Origin: a virus
Direction: 5' to 3' (one strand)
DNA: 64,000 nt
IMG/VR virus record: IMGVR_UViG_3300025949_000016
The translations under genes and the position numbers were made by a program. This document shows positions 29,865 through 41,262 of the stretch, in pieces; position 1 is the stretch's first letter, and each line of letters opens with the position of its first letter. The notes under the pieces are model-generated. The model made no database searches, was not told the origin of the DNA, and saw only the letters and a list, made by a program, of their open reading frames with translations.

Positions 29865-30392
29865 ATGAAAGCAGTTTATCACAGTCAGTATCGTAAACCT
29901 GGCACAAGAGCCTTAATGTTTACTTACGTAATCACTGGTACAAGACAAGAGATTGATGATTATATCTTAGTACAAGAAGCAGCCACAGGCCGTGCAGCTG
30001 GTACTTGGCCTAAAGATGAGGTTACAGGTGCACCACTATGGTGGCTCAATACAGACATTGAAAAGCGTAATGGCAACATGCCTAAACAGTCTTATACGCT
30101 TATCTTTAACCGCGATAAGACTCGCATTATACGAGATGACTCAGCTGAACAAATGGCTGCATTTACCCGTATAAACAAGATTAAAGAAGAAAAGCTTGCT
30201 ATCTTACAAGCAGAGATTGAGCTTGGATTACGCGTGGTTGATACATCAGCTAGCAATACACGTATTACTACTACACTAACAGGTCCAGCTATTCAAATGC
30301 CTGAAGGAGATAAAGAGCGTAAATCCTTAGCTGATGAGATTGTAGCTGGCATTGGTGATGGCAATAGCGAGGGAGAGAACGAAGGAGATTAA
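29865..30392 (+). CDS. hypothetical early protein with acidic C-terminus
   Basis: 175 aa, followed by hairpin 30432-30463. Confidence 0.65.
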   Translation: MKAVYHSQYRKPGTRALMFTYVITGTRQEIDDYILVQEAATGRAAGTWPKDEVTGAPLWWLNTDIEKRNGNMPKQSYTLIFNRDKTRIIRDDSAEQMAAFTRINKIKEEKLAILQAEIELGLRVVDTSASNTRITTTLTGPAIQMPEGDKERKSLADEIVAGIGDGNSEGENEGD

Positions 30393-30431
30393 AGAGGGTT
30401 TTTAAGGATAGGGTTTAATGGTTACATGGTA

Positions 30432-30468
30432 AAGTAGCTGCGACTTAATTGTCGTGGCTACTTGTTTT
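30432..30468 (+). terminator. terminator-like hairpin
   Basis: AAGTAGCTGCGAC-TTAATT-GTCGTGGCTACTT followed by a T-rich tract. Confidence 0.6.
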
Positions 30469-31192
30469 ATTTATTTGTTATACTATTAATTATATAACAC
30501 TCTACAGTATTAATTTATTAAACTATTATTTTATGTACTATGTATCTGATGGTAAGTTACAACCTAAAGCATTTACCAATATTGATTTAGCTGTTCAATA
30601 TGCTGATGAGATAAAAGGATTAGTATTAACACCAGCACCTGGTACTAAGCTAGGGTTTAATATTGTTTACTCTTGGGGTGAACGTAAAGCATTTGGATTA
30701 ATATAACTTACCTTAAACACCAATAGCTCTGACATGTCCTCTTAATTTTTTAATTAAGCATGTAGAGCTTTAACTTATTTATTATACTATTTGTATAATA
30801 ATATTATTAACTATTTGTAAATCAATTAGTTAATAAGATATCTTAGTAGTGACCGCCGTGGCTGTATACCTAACGAGTCTATTTAACTTATTTACTTACA
30901 ATATAATATACAACTTTTTATTGATATTACCAAATTTATTTTTTATGTTCATACAAGTACAATATTTTATTAAAGCTAATACTCCTTTTAACATATATAA
31001 TCTATCATATATTAATAAGTTATTGGATATCAATATGTTAAGTAGTAATTAATGTGCGTAAATTGAGTGAATGTTTGGTTAATAAACCACCACTAACCTA
31101 TCACTATAACCTAAATAACTGCCATTTTGTCAGTCCATTTCCGGCCAATTGATGCCAATTAATTACTATATTAACTATTTAAACCTAATTAT

Positions 31193-31471
31193 ATGTCATC
31201 AGATTGGATACATAACTGGAGTATAAATAAGATTAAATCAGTAATATGTGCAAGTGACGATTTACTTAATCCTTTTACTATACATAATGTTATTAAAAAG
31301 ATTAATAAACGTTATCCTAATGCACATGCTTATTATACTAGTTGTAGTAGTCGTAATATACGTAGAGCATTAACTGAATTAGTAGATAATGGAGTATTAT
31401 CCGCGGCTTATGAACCAGTTAAAAAGAAAGACGGTTCAATTACTGAAACCTATTACTCATTTATATACTAA
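31193..31471 (+). CDS. winged-HTH-like protein
   Basis: 'SRNIRRALTELVDNGVL' helix-wing signature. Confidence 0.5.
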   Translation: MSSDWIHNWSINKIKSVICASDDLLNPFTIHNVIKKINKRYPNAHAYYTSCSSRNIRRALTELVDNGVLSAAYEPVKKKDGSITETYYSFIY

Positions 31472-31872
31472 TTTCATGTATACCTTAAAATATATCCTAG
31501 ATAAAACAACAACTATTGAATCTAATGATTTAGCTCTTTTATATAAATTAGCCGAAAAATTATACAATAATAGACAAGGTAATCATTATCAATTATTTCT
31601 TAAAAATAGTAAAGATAAAGTGATAGTAGATTGGTCTTGTTCTTGTTATAGAGGATTAGATACTGAATTACCTTCTTTTAAGTATTAACTGCAACTTATG
31701 AATAAACTAATTCGATTAACAATAATCACTAAAAATGGAGTAAATATACTCTTAGGTAAAATAAGTTATATTGCTACCGATCATATCTATGGTACATTTA
31801 AAGATAAAAATCATACTTATAGAGGATTTATCACTAGTATAAATAACATTATTGAATTATCCATATTAAAAT

Positions 31873-32003
31873 AATAAACAGTACAGGATAAAGTAAAACA
31901 AACAGGTGAGCCCTTAGCCGCTACCAAGAAGCATATTCGTGAGGATATGTGGAGTAACCTGCTTTATTGAAATGAGATAACATCAAACAATGTACTGTTT
32001 ATT
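31873..32003 (+). ncRNA. candidate structured RNA (13-bp closing stem)
   Basis: AATAAACAGTACA/TGTACTGTTTATT; inner CAGGT/ACCTG and GCATATTC-GTGA-GGATATGT. Confidence 0.55.
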
Positions 32004-33358
32004 TAAACTTATTCATTAAAACCCTTCAACATGAAAGAACTTTTTAACAACGGAATGATTAAAGTCTATACAAATGGATTTGGAGAGATATTTATAGAAA
32101 GATTAAAATCCGTAGGTAAAGGAGTAGTAGTTAGGATAGGTCAAAATCCACAAGGACTAGAGATAACTGCAGACTCTGCTACTTTTCAACCTACATCATT
32201 TAATGGTTTAGGTGGATTTATCATTCGTTAACCTTTTTAGTCTCAACATACTAAGCTAGTGAGAGACTTTTCTTTAAATACCTCTATAAACTCATTATAA
32301 CCTATTTATGACACTCAATCAACTTATTGAAGAAGCTGGATCAAATGAAATAAGATTCAGAATAAACGAATTAGATTACGTTATATCAGATAATCCGCCA
32401 ATAAAAGGTGATACTGTTATTGATATAAGAAATTTAAGTTATGGTGTACATGATGGTATTGCTGGTAAATATATATGTGTACGTGATTCATTTGTAGTTG
32501 AAGGATGTGAACCAAAGTTCATTAAAAAGTTAATTTTAAAAACTATTGCTTAACCACAGCTTAAAACTAATTCATTATGAAACTATATCTCCTATATATC
32601 TTAAGAATACCTCTTTTTATAATATATTACATTTGTATAGTACCTGTATTCATACTATTTATATTAATTCATCCATATGATTGGGTATTAGATGAAATAG
32701 ATAAAGAAAAATATAAGAAAAAATAAATAATATATTATGAAACCAAATCAAGAATTTATTGACTGGGCTAAAGCTTATGATAAAAAACTATTTGAACAAT
32801 TAAGTTCAGTAAGTCTTTATCAACAATATCACTTTTATTCAGATGAAGGTGGTATATTAGGTAATCCTCGTTTTATAATAAGTGAAAGTGAAAAAGAAGT
32901 AGAATATTTTACTTATATTGGATTTATATTTGCAATAGATATTCGTAAATATATATTTGGTAGAATGGTAACTTGGATGTTATTAAATGAAGATTATAGT
33001 GAAAAGATTACTATAACTATAAACCCATAACCCATGCAAGATCAAGAGTTAAATAAACGACTTAAACAGATGTGGGCCATTGAAACAAAACTTCAAGTAG
33101 GTGATAATATTACTAAAGAAGAAAAAGAATTTTTTAATGCACATCTTAAAGAAATAAAAGAATACTATGAGGAGTGTTATAATAAATGGATAGAAATATA
33201 TCCACTAAAATAAACTCATTATGAAACTAACATATCAGGAGTATGAAATATACTGCTATGCTAATAGTATACGTAACTCTTTTGTATATTTTCATTTAAA
33301 GTTAAATATAGAAGGATGGGTTACTATTAATTATTGCTTTAATTAAATCTTCTAACCA

Positions 33359-33715
33359 ATGAAATACTTATTATTTATTCTCTTATTTTTTACTCTTTCT
33401 TGTACTGAACATCATAATAAATGGGTATTAAATATTCATCCTGGTATTGTTATAAACGATGATAATCCACTTTATGGATATCAAGTAACTGTCTTAGATA
33501 GTGGTAATATATATCATTGTAACATTGATAGAGATATGTGGAGATATATTTACATAGGTGATACAATTGTTAATTTTAATAACCTGCCGTTAAGATCTTA
33601 TCAATTACAATTAACCCAGTCTAGAATCTATCTATATGATGGTAATAGACTTGTGGATAGTTTAACGCCAGGCAATGATTCTCTTACATATATTATTAAT
33701 AAAGATAATTTATGA
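33359..33715 (+). CDS. putative lipoprotein
   Basis: MKYLLFILLFFTLSC lipobox; C-terminus similar to ORF 37449. Confidence 0.6.
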   Translation: MKYLLFILLFFTLSCTEHHNKWVLNIHPGIVINDDNPLYGYQVTVLDSGNIYHCNIDRDMWRYIYIGDTIVNFNNLPLRSYQLQLTQSRIYLYDGNRLVDSLTPGNDSLTYIINKDNL

Positions 33716-34641
33716 AAAAACTAATAGCTTTCTTACCCACTTGGATATTATTCTATACAGGTGATTTATTTTCAAGACTACCTTGGAAATGGAGCTGTAA
33801 TATATATAATTGGTGTATGCATATGTCCATTATTATACAAGATTGGGCTAAACTATCTAAGCCGTGGAAAAGAATAAATTAATATTTTATGAATACGATA
33901 GATCAAATAACTCTTGTTCAAACATGTGGAGCATGTCCAGAACAATATAATGCTTTTATTGATAATAAACAAGTAGGTTATTTACGTTTAAGATGGGGCT
34001 ACTTTAGAGTAGATTATCCTAATTGCTATGGAGAAACTATTTATGATGCAAATCCTAAAGGTGATGGTGAGTTCTATAATAATGAAAGAGAACATTATTT
34101 AACTGAGGCCAAACAAGCTATTATAAATCATTTAAATAATATAGAACCATGACCTCAGAAGCTTATGTACAATTGATTGAACCTGATGGTACACCTAATA
34201 TAATGGCCTTATTAAGTGAAGCTATTAAATGGTGCAAAGAAAACCCAGGTTGGTCTTGGAGATATCCTGAATTATAAAATTATTTATTATGCAACATACT
34301 ACTAGTTTTAACCGCAATTTAATGGACGGTAAAAGAAGAAATAAAGGTATTACTAAATATGGTAAGTATAAAAACTTATCAGAAAGATTAAAAGCTGAGG
34401 TTGAGGCTCGTCAACAATATGAGCAAAGAGTAAATAATCAAGAACCTAATAAAAAAGGCTTTTACGGTAATATAATTTAATAGTTTATGTTTACTATTGC
34501 TGGTTTAACATGGTTTGGTGTTTTACTAGGTAATATATTTTCTGCTATAATAGGTATATGTATAGGTAAATATTTAGCAGATTATATCGATAAGAAAGAA
34601 AAACAACAAAAAGATATTGATGATTTAATATCATAGATTAT

Positions 34642-34855
34642 TAATACTCAAACTCTTACCCTGCCTAGCCCAAGGGTAGCATTCCATAGACCTTAATATT
34701 AAACTACGATAGTCCCAAATTGAACTCGTATTGCAGTAAATTAGGATGTAACGGCGTAGACAAACAGTATTGGATACGAATAATACAGGATGTTTGTTAT
34801 TAAGTTAGGTGGTTAAATCGGGCAATGGACGATATGCATATGAGCTTGAGTATTA
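34642..34855 (+). ncRNA. candidate structured RNA
   Basis: TAATACTCAA-A-CTC / GAG-C-TTGAGTATTA closing stem; no ORF. Confidence 0.55.
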
Positions 34856-34856
34856 T

Positions 34857-35010
34857 AAAGAAAATAAGAATGTATTAACTCAGACTAGGATTATCCCTAA
34901 AGGGTAACAGAGGATGTTAATAATTAAATCTGAGGTTTAGAGTAGTGGAGTGGCCTAAAGCTACACATATTAAATCTCATAAACTATATACCGGAGTTCT
35001 TATTTTCTTT
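34857..35010 (+). ncRNA. candidate structured RNA
   Basis: AAAGAAAATAAGAAT/GTTCTTATTTTCTTT 15-bp closing stem with inner hairpins. Confidence 0.55.
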
Positions 35011-35017
35011 TAATTAC

Positions 35018-35159
35018 AAGTAATACAATAGTATGAGCAGCTCAGGGACGCCTGGAAGCATACTCTTAATCTACAATAAATGTAGCCGGTATCAAGATGC
35101 CGATTACCGTGGAATTAGTAGTAAACAGATATAACCACAATAGAGCTATTGTATTACTT
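35018..35159 (+). ncRNA. candidate multibranch structured RNA
   Basis: AAGTAATACAATAGT/GCTATTGTATTACTT stem; inner CTACA/TGTAG, CGGTATC/GATGCCG, GTGG/CCAC. Confidence 0.55.
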
Positions 35160-35248
35160 TATTTAAATTATTTAACTTTAGTCTTTATAGGCAGTTAGGT
35201 TGGTAAACAAAGAGGTTATTTCTATAGCCTCTTTTCTTTTTAACTTCT

Positions 35249-35462
35249 TATCTCTCTACACATCCTGGAGATAATTCTCACTAATAATAGACAGATTTGT
35301 TATAGTGAATTCTATACAAGGAGATAAATTATTAGTCTTCCCAGCAGGAGCTGTTGTAATAACCCGTGAGGGCTTAAGGAGTTAGGCGGGTGAGACTTTG
35401 ATCTCTATGAACCTTTGAAAGATAACGCAAACCTATCATTATAATAGTAGTGTAGAGAGATA
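35249..35462 (+). ncRNA. candidate structured RNA
   Basis: TATCTCTCTACAC/GTGTAGAGAGATA 13-bp stem; CCC-GTGA-GGG tetraloop. Confidence 0.55.
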
Positions 35463-36488
35463 TTTTTTAACCTTTAAATTTATTTGACATGGAATCCTTA
35501 TTAAATAAAGATCTTTCTCAATATACAGATGAACAAATAGTAGAAAGAATGAATGAAATTAAGGATATAGCAAAAGAATTTGAAGACTTATTAGATGAAA
35601 TGATGTGTAGAGAGCATTACCGAGAAAAAGAATATGATCCGCGTGATGAATGGCCCGAGCCTCTACCTTAACCTTTTAAACATGTATATATGAAAAAAAC
35701 TATTAAAGTAACCAAATACATAATAGGTGTGCTTATATATAGTGCAGTCATTTTTATGATTATAAAGGTATTTGGCATGCTTGGTAATATACATCAATAA
35801 CTAAACCCTTCAATAATGAAGAAGAACTTATTAAAAGCCGCACTTGTTATTTGCTATGTACCTTATTATTTATTTTCCATTCCTATAATTCTATTTGTTC
35901 TACCTTTTCAGGGCATAGAACATCTTATTGATCGAATAGAACACAAACTTTACATTCCTAAAAAAAATTAAAATACTACTTTCATACTTAGTATTTTAAT
36001 CCTCTCTGGCAGAAGGGGAGGTTAAACTGCCTGCTAATGTGAATGAAGGGTACCGAGTTGTAAGGGTTGTGGCTTTGTACCCATACGCACAGAGGGTGGG
36101 GATTTTTATCCTCACTCTCTAATTAAATCCCTTGAAATCTAGATAGAGGTTGAGAGAATTGTAGCGCTTGACTGTATTACAAGACTACTAATGTAGTTTA
36201 TATAAAGAGTGAAAGAGAGTGGGTTACGACTGTGCTGTTATTTCACTCTTTATGTAATACAGATATTTATTAATCATTAAAACTTATTTATTATGCTTAT
36301 TATTTGTATTCTTGGAGCAATACTTTTAGGAGCCTTGGCCAATGATTTTCTATGGAATTACATAGATAAGAAAAAATAAACCTTTTTATTATGAAATCCC
36401 TAAAATTTATAGAATATATAATACTATTTATAGTAATTATAATTATTATATCACTTGCTAGTATATTCTTATTCTAAACTAAACTCTT

Positions 36489-36569
36489 TGATACTTTGAT
36501 TATATCCAATTGCTGGTATTGAATCCTGAATTGGCAAGTAAGGTCGAACCTTGTATAATTGGAGTATCA
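36489..36569 (+). ncRNA. candidate three-way-junction RNA
   Basis: 16-bp stem TGATACTTTGATTATA/TATAATTGGAGTATCA with three G-U pairs; arms CCAATT/AATTGG and AAGGT/ACCTT. Confidence 0.55.
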
Positions 36570-36742
36570 TTAAGTTATAGCAACAGAAATAGCGCCAACC
36601 GAGTACAATTACACCGAAGAGGAGTCCATTTTGCAATATGGATGCTGGAGAACCAGTGCTACGAAAAGGGTATCGCGACAAAGCTATTGCTTTTTAACTT
36701 ATTAAGCTCCTATACACCTTATTGATAGATGAAGCCTTCGAT

Positions 36743-36872
36743 TCGTGGTTGGCAGAACTGGTAAATGCACCTGTCTAAACCCTAAAAATGGAGTATCTAT
36801 TTGGGCTAAAACGGGTTAGGTGACTGGATATTCTGTTACATCCTTCTATGAGTTCGAGTCTCATACTGCGAG
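36743..36872 (+). tRNA. tRNA-like RNA with an expanded anticodon arm and long variable arm (identity uncertain)
   Basis: acceptor TCGTGGT/ACTGCGA, D arm GCAG-AACTGGTAA-ATGC, T arm ATGAG-TTCGAGT-CTCAT; CCTGT/ACGGG stem encloses 36 nt. Confidence 0.55.
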
Positions 36873-36936
36873 GAGAAGAACGGATCAATAAGTGGGATTA
36901 TCCCTGTATAGGAGCTTATTTTTAAACTTCATTTTT

Positions 36937-37170
36937 ATGAAATATCTATTACTTATATTATATATATTTCTCATAAGCTGCGGTGGAGATACAGATTATC
37001 ATTTTGATGCTCATGGTCTCGATGGTAAGGACTATCATTTCATAATACATTCTAGAAATAGTATGTTAAGACCTATATTAAAAGAAGGAGGATGTATAGG
37101 TGAATATGATAGCGAAGATGTATATATGTGTGGAATAAGAGATTTTACATATTACACAACAAAACCTTAA
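36937..37170 (+). CDS. putative lipoprotein
   Basis: MKYLLLILYIFLISC; start corrected from the track start, which lies inside the RNA stem. Confidence 0.55.
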   Translation: MKYLLLILYIFLISCGGDTDYHFDAHGLDGKDYHFIIHSRNSMLRPILKEGGCIGEYDSEDVYMCGIRDFTYYTTKP

Positions 37171-37180
37171 ATTAATCTAT

Positions 37181-37414
37181 ATGGATAAAATAGACTTGGA
37201 TAAGATATTCTACAAGGAATGTCGAATGTATATTTTTAGTGGTGATGTCTCGAAAGAAGAAGTTTTTGATTGTATGAAAGCAGCTATTCATCAAGCTCTT
37301 GTATTGGCCAGTGAAAATGCTCTAGCAAATAGAGTATATCTTCCTCAAGGAGGGTATCGAGATACAACCGTGGACAAACAATCCATATTAGATATAGAAA
37401 AACTTATTGTATGA
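37181..37414 (+). CDS. hypothetical protein, paralog of 47236-47493
   Basis: shared KI.LDKI...MK....AL.LA..NA....DKQSIL.IEKLI. Confidence 0.7.
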   Translation: MDKIDLDKIFYKECRMYIFSGDVSKEEVFDCMKAAIHQALVLASENALANRVYLPQGGYRDTTVDKQSILDIEKLIV

Positions 37415-38411
37415 CAACATTTCTTAAAATAACAGTAATTGAATTAATATGAAATATATCCTTATTACGGTATTTATTGTTTCTTTAATTCTTTTTATGT
37501 TTGCTGAATTTCACCATACTTCCAAGCCTAATAACCAGTATGAATTAATTATTTATCAAGATCATATTGATTTGAAAGACGGTAAAAGAATTGTAGTAGA
37601 AAATATCTCATGGGATAGTGTTGGTGAATTAAAAAGAATTATTGAACAAGATAATCTTTAACTTCTTACGTATAAAGGTAAGCTATAATAAATAGGTGGG
37701 ATTTTAACTTTTTAAATCAAAACTTATGAACCTTATTTGCGATATAAATCACAACGATTATTCAGATATGATATTTGATGTAGATTATTAAACTTGTTCG
37801 AACTGTTAAGATTGCAAAGGTGTAATCTTTCATTGTAGGTACATTAAGCCTACTTTAACTTATTAAATTAATTAACTTATAATATTTATCCTATGTATAT
37901 CTTATTAACAAATGGTAGACTTATTGAAACTGATAGAATAATAGCAGTTAATAAAGCATTAAAAGTTACTATTAAAACAGATAAAATCAGCATACTCACT
38001 GAAACTATTGCTTTTGAAAACATACAATCTATCACCATAGAAAAGCCCAAACAATGATTGAAAAGAAAAATCTTCATCGTGAAAAATCACGTGAAGCTAA
38101 ATATATACCAAAACCTAAACCTAATGGATGGTTTGGCCCTGATAGCGGTGATCCTGAACAAATGGGATTAAACAGGCATTGGAATCGTAATTCTAAAAGG
38201 ACAAAAAAGAAATAATGAAAATACTTCTCTTTATTATTCAAACACTTGCAAATTTATGCTTATTCTTTTGTATATTTACTATAATTTGTTATATCAATAA
38301 CAAAGCTAATGTTATAATAGCCAAAGAATGGTTTAAAATTCCTGTAGAATTAGGTGCAGGTATATTATCTTATCAAATATTTGATAAATTGTATATTAAA
38401 ATGATTAAGTA

Positions 38412-38891
38412 ATGATAATAGCAGTTACAGGTCACCGTCCTAAAGATATAGGTAATGAGTATGACTATAAAGGTCCTTATACTACTTATATTAAAAACGC
38501 ATTACAGGCTATTATAGACAAATATAGACCAGAGTCTATGATAAGTGGCATGGCCCAAGGTGTAGATACTATATGGGCTCTATTAGCCTTAAAAAATGGC
38601 ATACCATTAATTTGTGCTTGTCCTTGTAGAAATCAAGAAGTTAAATGGCCTGAAAAAGCAAGAAAGTTATATCGTACTATACTTTCTAAAGCCTCTAAAT
38701 GTATTTATGTAACTGCAAATTATGATAAATTATGCATGGATAGACGTAATCAATACATGTGTAATAATTGTAACTTATTAATAGCTGTTTGGAATGGAAA
38801 TAATCATGGTGGTACATATAATTGTATAGAGTATGCTAAATCTATTGGTCGAGAAATAAAATACATTGATCTTAAATACTTTACACCATGA
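38412..38891 (+). CDS. SLOG superfamily YspA/DUF1273-like protein
   Basis: IAVTGHRP, ISGMAQGVD, RNQYM, GGTYNCIEYA. Confidence 0.85.
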   Translation: MIIAVTGHRPKDIGNEYDYKGPYTTYIKNALQAIIDKYRPESMISGMAQGVDTIWALLALKNGIPLICACPCRNQEVKWPEKARKLYRTILSKASKCIYVTANYDKLCMDRRNQYMCNNCNLLIAVWNGNNHGGTYNCIEYAKSIGREIKYIDLKYFTP

Positions 38892-39205
38892 AATGTTTAC
38901 TTATTCTATTATTATTCATTAATTCACCAGTTAATCTCAAATTAAACTTTTAACCCCAAAACAGACTGAAAATAAACCTTAAAATAACATGAAAAAGTTA
39001 GAGTTACACAGAATACTGTATAAATCTTTTATAGAGATAGGTATAGATGAAGATAAGGCGGGTAAACTTTCCAACCTCCTATCTAATGAGCTTTATTTAG
39101 ATAAAACATCTCTTTTAAAAGAGCTAAGTATGGTAGCAGATGGTCTATTAAAAACCAAATCAAAGCTTATTGCTGGAACTACTTAAGTTTGAGCTTTCTT
39201 CTGTC

Positions 39206-39235
39206 AACTCCCATCTTAATAGGTGGGAGTTTTTT
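39206..39235 (+). terminator. rho-independent terminator
   Basis: AACTCCCATCT-TAAT-AGGTGGGAGTT-TTTT. Confidence 0.7.
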
Positions 39236-41262
39236 CATTTCTATCTACCTCAAAACTAAAACCAATGGACCAAGATTTTGACATATTTGTAAAAAGTAAC
39301 AGATGGCAAAATTATACTTCTATTGACGGATCGAATATAGTGAAAGCTTGCTATAAAGAAGATAAAATTAACGATACAAGTCATTTTGATGCTTTAGTAT
39401 TATACCTTGAAATTTATCACCTAGAAACTATTTTAAACCCTCACTTAAACTAATTATATGAATACCCTAGTTAAAGAAAAAGAAGAAGCCATGAAGTGGT
39501 GGAATAAATTACCCTTTGACCAAAAGAAATTTCATGCCGGCAGTAGAAATCCCAATAATCTCACTGGTAGAGAAATTCACATTATTTATAAAAACTCGCT
39601 CAAATAAACTTCTTACACACATAGAGAGCGCGTGTCACTGGGAGTATACTTGCCTCCTCGCTGAGCACCAAATAGACAAAATCTAGAATTTGGTCGCTAT
39701 GAAGGGTGCGTTAAACCCTTTATTTTAACTATCAAATCTAAGTATATGACAGAAAAATCAGTAAGTATTATAAGAGAAATGGCGGAGAAATTATCTATCG
39801 TTAATGTAGATGGACATGTTACTTTTATCATGAAAGAAGATATTGAAAAAGATGGTAAAACATTTGACCATCCTACAGTACATATACATGAAGAAGTATT
39901 AGATTCCATTACGGATAGTAAAGCGTCAGATAATACTATGGTTAAAGAAATTATACATGCCATGGATATAGTAGCATAAATTTTGGTTTATATATGTTGG
40001 AAAAATACCCTCCTGTATTTTTATACTAGGAGGTCTTCTAAATTACGCTTTATGAAAGAAATAATTGTAAATATTTGCTTTATTAGTATCCTTATAATAA
40101 TAACTCTTTTATTTGTACTAATATGTGGATTACTTATATTAAGTGCTCCATGGCCTGCGCTAGTATTTCTATTACCCATATTTATAGTAGCTATTATTTT
40201 AGCTATAATGGCTATAACAGATCTAATTAAAGATACATTCTATTAATTCATATTCTATGAGCTATATATTAAAAGAATCAAAAAGAAGAAAAGATTTTAA
40301 AGGAAAGGAAAGATTAACAGATAAGGAGTATCAAATGCTCGCTGAAAACTTAAAACTATATTATCGTAAATATACTAAAGATGACTTAGATGAAGATTTT
40401 GATAATATAGATCAACAATTAAATCTAAATCGAGAAGAATATTTTTAAAACTAATACTTATGGAAAACAAACTATTCTGCAGACCTATAATCCTCCCAAT
40501 AAAGGATACTTTTACAAGAGAAGAAGTAAAGAAAATTCTTCTTGAGCATTTCGTACATACATGGTATCCAAATCCATGTCCAGAAGGTTCCGATCATGAT
40601 AAGAATAGGCAAAGAATTAATGAATGGTTCGATAAAAATTATTAACATGAACAAAATAGAAATAGTAAACGATGATTATCTTCCTGGTAATGATGTTAAA
40701 CCTCCCATTAAAATAGGTGAACAACATTTTGTATTAAGAGAACACGTATGTAAATGTGGTGAGATTCATTTAGATATTGGACTCAAATCTGAATATAACT
40801 TCATTACTTGTTATAAATGTAGAGAAGATCTACCAGAAAGTGAAAATATTCACTGGATTAATCAATGTAGAACTAAATCTATAAGTATATGATTCCAAAA
40901 AGCTCCCAAGAAAAATTAGCTCTCAAGCAAGCTAAAAAATCATATAAAAACGCTCAAAAAAAGCTTTTTAAAGGAGAAGATTTTGATGATCTTCTTATGC
41001 ATCCTAAAGAGAAAATCTTGAAAAAAGAAAAGATAACCTCCGGTATTATGGATGGAGAAGAGCCTTTAGATGATAATTATCCCGTTTATGCAGGTTACTG
41101 TTACGTAATAGACGATGAACAAGGTAAAGTAATCTTCTCTCACGTTAATACCAATATAAAAGGATTTAAGCAAGCTTTACGAGCACAAGGTTATAAAGCC
41201 AATATTGTATTTAACTGCAAAATGGCAGCTAGAAACTTATTTTAACTTTAAACTTTCCTATT

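Noticed and set aside
30849-31052. 67-aa ORF
   Set aside because: GTG start and extreme AT-driven N/I/L/F/Y composition within a regulatory gap
34711-34725. AGTCCCAAAT resembles the twister ribozyme loop GUCCCAAGC
   Set aside because: Flanking stem and pseudoknot partners could not be identified
36469-36725. ORFs 36510-36725 (+) and 36469-36681 (-)
   Set aside because: Non-ATG starts that overlap paired RNA stems; better explained as non-coding structure
39652-39663. GCCTCCTCGCTG is identical to the P3/L3 segment of the genomic HDV ribozyme
   Set aside because: The following bases do not close P3 and no upstream P1 partner or P1.1 GG is present; probably coincidence
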